Below the pieces are notes generated by a model. That model saw only the letters and a list, made by a program, of their open reading frames with translations, did not search any database and was not told where the DNA came from. Shown one piece after another: positions 44,192 through 53,818 of a stretch of 64,000 bases of DNA (its first letter is position 1; every line of letters starts with the position of its first letter). Origin of the DNA: a virus; the IMG/VR virus record IMGVR_UViG_3300045141_000107, positions 1 to 64,000 of that record. The stretch is one strand, 5' to 3'. The translations under genes were made by a program, and so were the position numbers.

Positions 44192-44532
44192 TAGTGAGCC
44201 TTTACTACCTCATCGGTTGAGACTTTCCCATTCTTGCTCGTGTCTGAAGCATTCAGTACGGCATCGATGAAGTCTAGTAGATTTCGGTCCACCAAGCCCC
44301 ACTGCATTGCTTCAACCTTTGCCTTGAGATGGGCATAGTCTGCATCCTCCAACTCGAGAACATCAGTACTCGCATCTAACTTATCGAAGATGCGGATACC
44401 TTTGCGCATCTCTTCGATGTTGACTCCCTTGTCTTTCTCCAATGGCTGGCGGATAACAGTACGGATCACTTCATCGTATGAAAGTGGCTGACCATCAGGC
44501 ACTTCGATTGTGCGAAGAGGGATGTATTTCAT
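44191..44532 (-). CDS. tail-fibre-associated hypothetical protein
   Basis: EEMRK..RIFDKL, LELEDADY. Confidence 0.65.
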   Translation of the reverse strand: MKYIPLRTIEVPDGQPLSYDEVIRTVIRQPLEKDKGVNIEEMRKGIRIFDKLDASTDVLELEDADYAHLKAKVEAMQWGLVDRNLLDFIDAVLNASDTSKNGKVSTDEVVKAH

Positions 44533-44834
44533 GCCAAACCCACTATGCGCATAACAAACGTGAGATCGATGGCATCCAGTGCCGAATCCAAACTGCTAAC
44601 TGCGGCCTTCAACGCATCCTCCTGATCACCAGTGAAATTGTACGGCGAAACCTTCAAATCGGTAGCAGCACAGAACCGTGCATCTTGATCTATTGCGACT
44701 TTCGCCGCAAGGAAATCACTGAGGTGTTTGCCAATAACCGCGTTGACCTCGTCTGGGCTACGTGGGTTTCCACCTACTGTTGTTGGTGATTGCCCAGGAG
44801 GAGTGGGAAACGTTGGGTAAGTTGGGAAAGTCAT
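44529..44834 (-). CDS. fibre-associated small protein (paralog of 48775..49050)
   Basis: PTTVGGNPR..DEVN...IDQD...ATDLK..PY.FT.DQE. Confidence 0.75.
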   Translation of the reverse strand: MTFPTYPTFPTPPGQSPTTVGGNPRSPDEVNAVIGKHLSDFLAAKVAIDQDARFCAATDLKVSPYNFTGDQEDALKAAVSSLDSALDAIDLTFVMRIVGLA

Positions 44835-47641
44835 ACGTTTAGTTTCTCCTCTAGTTCTTCAACACGTGCATTGAGTGTTCGTACAGCGTCCCACAAGATA
44901 GGTACCAGTGCACCATAATTGATACCCACCGGCTCATTTGTGTCCGGATCCAGACCAACGACTTCAGGAACAACCTCGACCATTTCCTCAGCAATAAAGC
45001 CAACCGATGGTCGGGCAAATATTTGTTTCTGACGTCTGTCGTTGATAGTATAACGCACAGGTCGCACGCGCTCATCAGCAATCAACGACATTCCATCACG
45101 GAGCGTCTTGATGTTTGACTTGTTCTTTAGTGTTGATGGATTGTGGAAACCAGCCAGATCTACATAACCCATGCTCGTACCATCCCAAGCACGATGCCAT
45201 TGACACCAGGCGTCATAGACGTAAATCTTCATCTGGTTGGTGCTGGTCGGACGGAAGATGCGGACGTTGTCGTCAATGAACCTTAGGCCGCTCGTTGTGT
45301 TGCGGATGATGCCGACGTCGCAACTCATTTCGTTCGGAGACCACATGCGCGGCTGGACGTTGACCCAGGTGCCGTCCCAGTACAGACCAACGGCTGAGTT
45401 ATTTGCCATCCAGTAGTAGCTACCAGAGGTACCAATACCAGACGTGCCGTAGGCACGCATCCATGTCCCGTCGTAATTCCAGTACACCCCGCCGTTGTTG
45501 CTGAACCCGTAGCTTCCGCTGTTCAGCATGATACCGTGTGAGGCGTGAATCCACGTGCCGTCCCAGCCGCCCAGGTAGATTGCCCCGTTACCGTTGAAGT
45601 AGAAACCACCCCACGACATCACGTTCATATTCACAGCCTGGAAGTAGCTGCCACCATCCCAGTTGATATAGTAGCTACCGTTGTTCTTGAAATAGATTGG
45701 TCCCGTGCCCACGTCCATGCCGTTGAGGACCGCGTAGGGAGCGCTGATCTGCCCCGAACTGAGCGTGCCCGCGATACTCACCGTGCTGCCGAAGGTGGCC
45801 GCGCCGTCCTCTTGGAACGGACCAGCGATGTATACGTACCCGTCGTCACGGGTGTAGAAGATGTTCCGTGTCGCTGCCGCATTGACGTGCTGATAACCAA
45901 TAGTGGCGCTCGTCTCCCCGAAGCCGACCATGCGAACGCCGTAGCCAGACATCGGTGCGGTGCGGATACCGATGCTGCCACCCAGGTCGATGGTCATCTT
46001 GGTGGTCTGCGCCAATGCGCCAGTACCCGCCGCCGACGTCTGGAAGAGGATGCCGCCAGTGCTGGCGATGACGACTGTCGAACCTGCCGTGGTGTCCCAG
46101 CGCTGCCAGGTGGTACCGTCCCAGTAAGCGTTGCCGCCGACGTGCGTGCCCTGCTTCGAGGACAGGAACAGGTAGCCGTCGCTGCTCTCGATGCTCAGGT
46201 GCGCCGCGTTGTTGACGGGGTTGCGGATGACCTCGTTTGCGCTGCCCAGGAACATGCTCGCGCCCGCCGTGCCTGACTGGCTGACACCCCACAGCCACCG
46301 GATTCCAGTGACGGGGTTCGCATGGGCGGGCGCGATGGCCACCGCAGCGCCACCTGCGCTCAGGTTGAGGTAAGCGGTCGGGTTCGCCACGGTGTAGGCC
46401 TGGAAGTTCGTGCCGTCGAAGTAGGCGTTCATCGAGGCCCAGACGCCCGCGCCGTACGAGCCGACCGCCGTGGGGATGAAGTTGATCGAACCAGCCGACG
46501 GGCTGAGGAGGTTTCGCGACAGATACAGGTCTCGGATGCGCTGCGAGCTCGTACCGATATCCTTGGTATTGTCGGTAGACGGCAGGAAGTTGCTACCGCT
46601 CATCGAAAAGTACGGCGTACTGGCCGACCCGAAGATCATCGAGCCAAAGTTACTGCCCACGAGATACGCACCTGAGGTCGCGGACACACCAAGCGACACC
46701 TGCTGAGTACCTGAGTTAGTCACTACTGACGTACCCACATACACTGTACGAGGCCTGTTTGCTCCAGATGCGCCGATATCTACAGTATTATCAGGTTGAA
46801 ACCGCAGACCACCCGTCATAGTTTTAGTACCATCTTGACGGACGTACATGGTATCTGCCATTCCGTCTGTCAGATAAGTACCACCAGGAGCACCAGAAAT
46901 AATGGCATAACGCGCATCACCCTCCGCCATTGTCAGATACTGAGGGTGTGGGTCAATGTTGGCTACATGGGTTGCATCACCAGTAGTTGCCGCACCCAAC
47001 ACATCATATCGCGCATCTGCCAAAATCTGTGTTAGAAGTGGACTCTCTGCACCACTGGTATCCTTCAAATACAGCTTATGGTCGCTCTTACCATACAGCC
47101 GCAAGAAACCAGTGTTGGGAGTCACTGGTGATGCGATCTCTGCAAACTGCCCAAAGGTACCAATGTTGACGTTCTGGTCTATTGTCAGTTGTGCACCAGA
47201 AAGACGTAACCTGCCAGGCATCTCTTTGTATAGAGTTTCCCCATCACCTTCAGGCGTCCATCTATATGTGTTGGCAACTATGCCATCAGCAGTGATCTTT
47301 CCAGATGCTGCAATGTTCTGGACAGAAAGACCAGCATTGATTGACAATGCACCACTGAGTATTCCACCAGTAAGCCGCAAGTACCGTGCATCACTCTGGG
47401 CCTGAGACATACCGCTAATGACTATCTCGTTACCAGCAGAATCCAACTGGTAAAACTTTCCATCCGATTTTGGATATAGTCTCAGGCTACCCGCTGGTGG
47501 ATTAGTTGGTGTAGCGATCTGCTGCTGCTCAAAGTAGGTAGGCGCAAGGAGTGCACCAGGCAACGTCAGAGGCGTAGCAAGCTCTGTACCATCCCAAGGG
47601 AAATCCTTAAGCATACCATTGGCGACTTGTTGCTTCGTCAT
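44831..47641 (-). CDS. tail fibre/spike 1 with C-terminal Peptidase_S74-type chaperone
   Basis: STLKNKSNI, GFIAEE...VPEVV, INYGALVPIL, coiled-coil end. Confidence 0.85.
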   Translation of the reverse strand: MTKQQVANGMLKDFPWDGTELATPLTLPGALLAPTYFEQQQIATPTNPPAGSLRLYPKSDGKFYQLDSAGNEIVISGMSQAQSDARYLRLTGGILSGALSINAGLSVQNIAASGKITADGIVANTYRWTPEGDGETLYKEMPGRLRLSGAQLTIDQNVNIGTFGQFAEIASPVTPNTGFLRLYGKSDHKLYLKDTSGAESPLLTQILADARYDVLGAATTGDATHVANIDPHPQYLTMAEGDARYAIISGAPGGTYLTDGMADTMYVRQDGTKTMTGGLRFQPDNTVDIGASGANRPRTVYVGTSVVTNSGTQQVSLGVSATSGAYLVGSNFGSMIFGSASTPYFSMSGSNFLPSTDNTKDIGTSSQRIRDLYLSRNLLSPSAGSINFIPTAVGSYGAGVWASMNAYFDGTNFQAYTVANPTAYLNLSAGGAAVAIAPAHANPVTGIRWLWGVSQSGTAGASMFLGSANEVIRNPVNNAAHLSIESSDGYLFLSSKQGTHVGGNAYWDGTTWQRWDTTAGSTVVIASTGGILFQTSAAGTGALAQTTKMTIDLGGSIGIRTAPMSGYGVRMVGFGETSATIGYQHVNAAATRNIFYTRDDGYVYIAGPFQEDGAATFGSTVSIAGTLSSGQISAPYAVLNGMDVGTGPIYFKNNGSYYINWDGGSYFQAVNMNVMSWGGFYFNGNGAIYLGGWDGTWIHASHGIMLNSGSYGFSNNGGVYWNYDGTWMRAYGTSGIGTSGSYYWMANNSAVGLYWDGTWVNVQPRMWSPNEMSCDVGIIRNTTSGLRFIDDNVRIFRPTSTNQMKIYVYDAWCQWHRAWDGTSMGYVDLAGFHNPSTLKNKSNIKTLRDGMSLIADERVRPVRYTINDRRQKQIFARPSVGFIAEEMVEVVPEVVGLDPDTNEPVGINYGALVPILWDAVRTLNARVEELEEKLNV

Positions 47642-48750
47642 GGCATATTCACTGGATTGAATTGGACAGTTGAGTCTCTATATGCTACGTAGTCCACGTT
47701 TTCCTCGCCTTCCTCCACCACTAGTTCAAATTCCGCTTGGTCCCATAATACCATAGGATAGTTGCCTGCCCTAGTAAAAGTAGATCCGTTCCAGAGAACT
47801 AGTGCTGTGTTGGTTGGTATAACAGACGCCGTAGCCCTTCCATTTGCATTACCAACTATAGCTCTCGTTCTTAGGATCGTTACACCACTAGTTACAGCTA
47901 CACCATCGGATAAGCCAAGCAGCGGTCTCTTTCTAAGTAATGCCGTAACAGAAACTACAGCAATTCCATCAGAAGAAGCCACAAGACTACGGTAGCGCCG
48001 TATGACAGCACTAGCACTAGCGCTACCAACTGCTCTAGACGGTATCAGCGTTATCTCACGGCTTATTACACCCGTTGTTACCGCTACACCAGCGCTAGCA
48101 GCAACAAGAGGTCTCTTACGCCCTATAAGACCACTAACGCTAGCAACACCAGAAGCAATGCCTATTAGTGATGCTTTGGTATTAGAAATTATTCCTGATG
48201 CTGTCGAACTACCAGAGGAAGATGCTTCAAGTGATCGTTCTGCAGTTATAATCCCTGATACTGTCGACCCACCAGAAGAAACTACTAAAAGTGATCTTCC
48301 GGCAGATATATCCCCCGATGCTGTCGCTTCACCAGAGGAAGAAACTACAAGTAATCGCTTAGCAGAAATCTCCCCAAGTGTTGTCGCACTACCAGACGAA
48401 GATACTGCAAACAGTCGGTTAGCGGAAATTGTGCCAACTGCTGTGGATTTACCAGAGGACGATACTACAAGTGACCGTCTTGCAGATATCGTCCCAACAT
48501 CTGTGGCTACACCTACAGATAAGACAGTTAGTGCACGTTTCCCTGTAAGCTGCCCTACATCAGTAGCAGTACCAGCAGATGTTCCTGTAAGAGCTCGCCT
48601 ACTTGTGACTGTAGCTGTTGTCGCACCAATACCATTAGCAACACCAGTTAGATCACGCGGACCACCGAGAACAGGAAACGGAGATCCTGGGGTAATTACC
48701 CCAGGCGTGCTGAACGGTGTACCGAGTATCCCTGTAGATGGTAAGGGCAC
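47638..48750 (-). CDS. Ser/Thr/Gly/Ala-rich structural protein with about 20-aa tandem repeats
   Basis: repeats of ISA.R.L.VSSSG.AT..G. Confidence 0.75.
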   Translation of the reverse strand: MPLPSTGILGTPFSTPGVITPGSPFPVLGGPRDLTGVANGIGATTATVTSRRALTGTSAGTATDVGQLTGKRALTVLSVGVATDVGTISARRSLVVSSSGKSTAVGTISANRLFAVSSSGSATTLGEISAKRLLVVSSSGEATASGDISAGRSLLVVSSGGSTVSGIITAERSLEASSSGSSTASGIISNTKASLIGIASGVASVSGLIGRKRPLVAASAGVAVTTGVISREITLIPSRAVGSASASAVIRRYRSLVASSDGIAVVSVTALLRKRPLLGLSDGVAVTSGVTILRTRAIVGNANGRATASVIPTNTALVLWNGSTFTRAGNYPMVLWDQAEFELVVEEGEENVDYVAYRDSTVQFNPVNMP

Positions 48751-48774
48751 GCCACTATCTCAAGTTGACAGTTT

Positions 48775-49050
48775 CTAGAACATTCCCACAATGCGAGAAA
48801 TGAATGTCAAGTCAACTGTCTGGAGTGAAGTGTTGAGCTGCGCAATCGCCGTTTTGATCTCTGTCTCCTGATCTGCTGTAAACCCGTATGGTGCAGCCTT
48901 CAGGTCCGTCGCAGCCATAAAGTTCTGGTCTTGCTCGATAGTTGCTTTCGCAGCCAGGAACCCCTTGAGGTGTGTACCAACCAGACCATTTACCTCATCA
49001 GCATTCCGAGGATTGGTACCTATCGTGGTGGGAGCCGGAGGTATCGTCAT
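48775..49050 (-). CDS. fibre-associated small protein (paralog of 44529..44834)
   Basis: PTTIGTNPR..DEVN...IEQD...ATDLK..PYGFTADQE. Confidence 0.75.
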   Translation of the reverse strand: MTIPPAPTTIGTNPRNADEVNGLVGTHLKGFLAAKATIEQDQNFMAATDLKAAPYGFTADQETEIKTAIAQLNTSLQTVDLTFISRIVGMF

Positions 49051-52000
49051 GCTTTCTTCTCCAATTCTTTTACTTGTGTTTCCAATTCCAAGATGCGAGT
49101 ATCTGCTGTCGTGACATATTCCTTGAACGCCTGGAGTAGAATCGCCGTAACTTGTTGATAGTCCATGCTACGCGGTAACCCATCTGCGTCATGATCGACT
49201 ACATCTGGTGCGATGCGCTCCCACGGCTCAGCAATCAACCCGTACTTTGGCACATCTTTCTCCACTTGCTGTGGTGGATTGTAGAGGAAATGCGTTCCCT
49301 CCACTTCTGGATCCATCACCATAGCTAGCGCATCGGTAATCTTGGTAATGTTCTTCTTGTAACGTCGGGATGAGTTGGTGGTGATCCCATTGCACAAAAT
49401 GCCTGTGAATCCGAAGACGTTGAAATTAGGGTAACTCTGTTGAACACCAACAGTGAAATTGGGGTGCATGTACAGATGTGACGCACCGCCACCTAGAACA
49501 AGATCACCATTACCAGAGTTCGCGATAACTGCCTGTTGTCCACCTACAGCAGTGGCTGTAAGAACCGCACCACTGATAGAAATGGGACCACAAGTAATTT
49601 GAGTGGCAGTCCCTCCAGCATTCTGAACAACCAGTCCATTTGCTGAACGAAGATAGAAGTATCCGGACGATGTTACCAGATAAGAGTTGGCATCAGGCAA
49701 ATAGATGTAATTGCCAGTAACCGTAAGCGAGCCATCTATGAGTAGATTGTTTATATAGAAACGGTACTGACTGCCATCATAACCGACGTAATGGTTACTG
49801 TCGCCCAGAAATACGTAGCCTGTGACAGGGTTGCCACCGCGGCTTACATTGAGATCACCTGCAATCGGCCAACCACCCCCAAATGATGGACCAGTAGAGA
49901 AGCTAGCCGCATGGACGCTGGCACCGAAGTTTCCATTACCAACAGAGTCCACGGTCAGCATATTTGTCCACCCAGAAATTGGATTAGCTCCGGACGGAAC
50001 AGCATAGATGGCAAATGTAGTGTTGGTTACACCGCCAAAGTTGATGTGCATCGCTCCGTTTGCGGTGGTGAACCGTTGCCAGTTGGTGCCATCATAGTAG
50101 GCGTTACTTCCGATCAGTACCGAGTTCTTTCCTTGAAGTTGAGCATATCCGTCTGCGCTCTCGATACTAATCGAAGCCGAGGAGTTGACAGAGTTGCGAA
50201 TGGTTTGGTTAAGACTGCCGATGTATACCTGCTGCCCAAAGAAACTATTACCCAGATTGTAAAGGCTATAGTTGGCACTGCTCGCACCAGAAGTGGCCTG
50301 AAGGTAGATTCCGTATGCGTTCGTCTTTCCAGTGCCACCCTGGTTCACAACGTTGATACCGCGCACATTGGTTATCGTTGTGCCAGTACCAGGGATAGGC
50401 CCGTCGACGTAGAACCCAGTCACAAGAGGAGCGGTATAGCTGCCGTTGGCCGTGCCGACTTGCACTGCTACGCCGATGATCTGTGCCGTTCCCGTGGCAT
50501 CACCGTTGACCCTGAAGTACATGCCATTCTGGGTCGCTGAACCAGTCAGGTTTCCGCCAACATTGAGCATGGTGGCCGAGTTGGGACCCACACCCATGCC
50601 GTTGTCGAGGGACATGGTGCCGTTGAAGATCGAGACGACACCACTGATGGCAACGTAGCGGGTGTTGTCCACCCACGGGTCGTTATTGATCCCCACCCGC
50701 CCAGTCAAGCGCGTAGTACCTTCGTTGCGCAGACCGATATTGGTGGTCGTAGCACCGGATTGCGCCGCTATATAGACACCATAAGCGTTAGTCACGCCCG
50801 ACTTGCCTTGGTTAGCAGCGTAGTACCCGAACATACTGGTGACCGTTACACCCGAACCAAGTGTCGGGGAATCGGCGTAGAAACTAGCTCCTGATGCTAC
50901 GGTGCGCGTGCTGGCAGCAAATGTCGGAAGCGTATAGAAGACGAAGTTATTGCCAGTTCCAGTGGTACTGAACGTCAGTGGGGCATACAGCGCGAACTGA
51001 TTCGCTCCTGACATGGTGGGCTGGAAGATCAGACCGGAGTATGTGACCGGAGCCACACCAATACCTAGCGTGCCGCTGATCTGGCTAGTGCCACCGATGA
51101 TCTCGTTGCGACCCAGGTAGAAATCACGAGGCCTGTTCGCGCCGGACGCCCCGATGTCATAGACGTTGTCGGTCAGCGTCATGAAGTGGCCCGCAGTAGA
51201 GATCTGCCACTGCGAAGCAAACGCTGTTCCAAAGGACAGGGACCCAGATGCCGACTGGAACAGCGGGGTGTAGATCCCAGTCGCTGTCTGGAAGAAGCCA
51301 GCAGCGTAGATGTTTCTAGGGCGCAGGGTTGTAGAGGTTGCGCCTATATCATATGTATTGTCCGGAGAGAACGTCAGGTTCTGGGCCAATGGTAGGGTAA
51401 TCCCACCGCCGGAGATCGTGGTCCAGGTCAGAGCGTAATCAGAATTACTCGACTTCGAGAGGACCTGGCCTGTGGTGCCGCCGGTAGGGATAGAGCCCGG
51501 ACCAATGAAACTTGTCGCAGCGTAGATCGTCCGGGGCCGGTTCGCTCCGCTGGCACCAATATCGTAAGTGTTATCAGCGCCCGCGAGCAGGGCAGTGTTG
51601 GAGATCTGCCAGCGCGTCACGTTATTGGTACGAAAGTTCAGGACATTATTCGTCGTTGGGCCGACGGTCAAAGCAACGCCCTGAGAGTCAATGGAAGGCG
51701 TAACCACACTAGACGCTGCGTAGATACTGCGCGGGCGGTTAGCCGCCACTGCTCCAATATCATACGTGTTGTCTGGGCTAAACGTCAGGTTTTGACTTAG
51801 TGGAAACGTTGTACCCGCAGCATTCTTCAGACTATTCTGTGTGATAACTGCTGAGATACTAGCACCAGTAGACCAAGCACGTGCAGTCTGATCACCATTG
51901 TATGGCTCTACCGCACGTGTAACGGTCAAAGTATCTGTGCCTTGCCCACCCGTGACATATACCAGTTCGTAAGGGCCATTGGAGGGATCTTGACAAATTA

Positions 52001-52130
52001 CGGCACGGTATTCACCACCTGTAGGCCACTTGGTCGCATCAGAAGTGACAATGCGCAACGTTGTAGCGCCAGATGTGAGATCAGCAGCAAGGCTACTACG
52101 AAGACCATTGCCAGGTAGAATCTCTGCCAT
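49047..52130 (-). CDS. tail fibre/spike 2 with C-terminal Peptidase_S74-type chaperone
   Basis: SSRRYKKNI, GLIAE, MDYQQV; four DN.YDIGA...RPR repeats. Confidence 0.85.
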   Translation of the reverse strand: MAEILPGNGLRSSLAADLTSGATTLRIVTSDATKWPTGGEYRAVICQDPSNGPYELVYVTGGQGTDTLTVTRAVEPYNGDQTARAWSTGASISAVITQNSLKNAAGTTFPLSQNLTFSPDNTYDIGAVAANRPRSIYAASSVVTPSIDSQGVALTVGPTTNNVLNFRTNNVTRWQISNTALLAGADNTYDIGASGANRPRTIYAATSFIGPGSIPTGGTTGQVLSKSSNSDYALTWTTISGGGITLPLAQNLTFSPDNTYDIGATSTTLRPRNIYAAGFFQTATGIYTPLFQSASGSLSFGTAFASQWQISTAGHFMTLTDNVYDIGASGANRPRDFYLGRNEIIGGTSQISGTLGIGVAPVTYSGLIFQPTMSGANQFALYAPLTFSTTGTGNNFVFYTLPTFAASTRTVASGASFYADSPTLGSGVTVTSMFGYYAANQGKSGVTNAYGVYIAAQSGATTTNIGLRNEGTTRLTGRVGINNDPWVDNTRYVAISGVVSIFNGTMSLDNGMGVGPNSATMLNVGGNLTGSATQNGMYFRVNGDATGTAQIIGVAVQVGTANGSYTAPLVTGFYVDGPIPGTGTTITNVRGINVVNQGGTGKTNAYGIYLQATSGASSANYSLYNLGNSFFGQQVYIGSLNQTIRNSVNSSASISIESADGYAQLQGKNSVLIGSNAYYDGTNWQRFTTANGAMHINFGGVTNTTFAIYAVPSGANPISGWTNMLTVDSVGNGNFGASVHAASFSTGPSFGGGWPIAGDLNVSRGGNPVTGYVFLGDSNHYVGYDGSQYRFYINNLLIDGSLTVTGNYIYLPDANSYLVTSSGYFYLRSANGLVVQNAGGTATQITCGPISISGAVLTATAVGGQQAVIANSGNGDLVLGGGASHLYMHPNFTVGVQQSYPNFNVFGFTGILCNGITTNSSRRYKKNITKITDALAMVMDPEVEGTHFLYNPPQQVEKDVPKYGLIAEPWERIAPDVVDHDADGLPRSMDYQQVTAILLQAFKEYVTTADTRILELETQVKELEKKA

Positions 52131-52537
52131 CAGTCTTCAGTTATTGTCAAAGCCCCAGGAGCAAACCGAGGGATGTCACCGACACTCATTGCCGTGCTAG
52201 GGCAATCACCCCAATACAGTTGGTTACCACCGCTGGCGGCGTCGCAGATAGCCCAGCCGACGACCGTGTAGGGTGCGGCTGTAACAGCAGCGAATGCTAC
52301 TTCCGCAGCATTTGTCACGGTATTGGATCCTGGTGTATGTGTCCATCCAGCAGCAGCAACCGCTTGTCGAACATAAGAAGAACCAACTACCTCAGTACCA
52401 GCCGTAGTATCACTAGGCACTGCCGTGTAGAGGGCGACGTATACCGTTGACAATGCAGTCAAGGCAGGTGTCGCACCACCTTTGAACAGATGGTCGATTA
52501 ACCTGGATTCAAATGCATCTGTTTTTGAACCAGCCAT
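52130..52537 (-). CDS. conserved phage tail structural protein
   Basis: VYVALYTAVP..GTEV...SYVRQAV...DAASGGN.LYWG. Confidence 0.75.
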   Translation of the reverse strand: MAGSKTDAFESRLIDHLFKGGATPALTALSTVYVALYTAVPSDTTAGTEVVGSSYVRQAVAAAGWTHTPGSNTVTNAAEVAFAAVTAAPYTVVGWAICDAASGGNQLYWGDCPSTAMSVGDIPRFAPGALTITED

Positions 52538-52546
52538 TAGTTCTCC

Positions 52547-53818
52547 TTACGATGGTGGTGGTGGACCGCCCGGATCTAGTTTTGCCATGATGACCTTGAG
52601 ATAATCACGCAGTTCTGCATCTACCGCTGGACCTTGTGCTGTTGCTGCCTGTGGTGGCGGTACTCCACCTGGATCTAGTATCGACATCAAGTTCTGTACG
52701 TAAATACGCAATTGTGTGTCGGCACCAACCATCGTAGCGGCACCATATGAGATTATAACACGTTCGGTACCATTGAATGGCTCACTGAAAGTTACTGTGT
52801 TGCCACCGTCCGTCAGCATATAGTTGCCATCGACAATTGACTGAACCACGCCGCCTCTGGCCACAAACAGCAAGACGATAGCTGGCATACTAAGATGAAC
52901 AACAGTATCACCAGCAAGTGGAACAAATTCCTCGTGAGCACCAGTCGATGTTGCCCCTGGCGTACCCATTACGCCTTGTGGTCCTGGATCCCCCTTAGGT
53001 CCAGGATTCCCCTGTGGTCCAGTGGGTCCAGTAGCACCAGGCTGTCCCTGTGGCCCGGTCTTCCCATCGAACCCTTGTGGACCCATCAAGCCCTGTGGAC
53101 CTCTAGGTCCTTCTGGGCCTTCGTTACCCCTGGGGCCTAGATCGCCTTTGGGTCCAGTAGCGCCAGCAGGACCAGCTAGGCCAGTTGGTCCAGGATTACC
53201 TTGCGGGCCAGCAGGTCCCGCAGGTCCAGGCACGGTGCTGTCTTTTCCGGGAGGGCCAGAAGTACCGGGAGGGCCTGCGGGACCAGCGGGTCCGGGAGGT
53301 CCGACTATAACGTCGTCGGCTATTTCCGAATTGTTAACATAAACATTATCACCGTTGACGTTAGTAGTACCGCCACTAACATTAGTGATACCACCAACCA
53401 GATTAATCGTGACTTTTCCAGTTACAGGATCCTCTATAACTTCCAGACCAGCAAACTCACCACCAGCTCTGTCGTTGTTCAGGCCAAACCGAGCACGATA
53501 TATCTGGTCTGCACTGGTACGGGTCTTGAACAGGATAACCCAACGCCTCTTGGACAGAGGGGCCATAACAACCGTGTCGCCAGTTGTTATGAACAGATCC
53601 TCTGGTATAAGCAAGTCACCCTTGGAATGGTCAAAGATCATCGGGCCACCCATGGAAGACTCACCATCCATGGATATCGTGATCTCTGGCAAAGCAGTGA
53701 GGACAACACCAGTTCTGAGGACAAGCCCTGTGCCCGTAAGGGCATTCATCTTGTCCTCTTGATCTGCAATGTTACGCAGAAGGTTTAGAAACTTCTGCGG
53801 CCCATCTATCGTGGTCAT
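52547..53818 (-). CDS. baseplate spike-like protein with collagen (GXY)n segment
   Basis: OB-like N-terminus after hub; about 40 GXY triplets. Confidence 0.7.
   Translation of the reverse strand: MTTIDGPQKFLNLLRNIADQEDKMNALTGTGLVLRTGVVLTALPEITISMDGESSMGGPMIFDHSKGDLLIPEDLFITTGDTVVMAPLSKRRWVILFKTRTSADQIYRARFGLNNDRAGGEFAGLEVIEDPVTGKVTINLVGGITNVSGGTTNVNGDNVYVNNSEIADDVIVGPPGPAGPAGPPGTSGPPGKDSTVPGPAGPAGPQGNPGPTGLAGPAGATGPKGDLGPRGNEGPEGPRGPQGLMGPQGFDGKTGPQGQPGATGPTGPQGNPGPKGDPGPQGVMGTPGATSTGAHEEFVPLAGDTVVHLSMPAIVLLFVARGGVVQSIVDGNYMLTDGGNTVTFSEPFNGTERVIISYGAATMVGADTQLRIYVQNLMSILDPGGVPPPQAATAQGPAVDAELRDYLKVIMAKLDPGGPPPPS

Noticed and set aside
44831-52130. Diversity-generating retroelement or invertible fibre switch
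   Set aside because: No reverse transcriptase, recombinase, adenine-specific TR/VR pair or inverted repeats seen; similarity is at the protein level.
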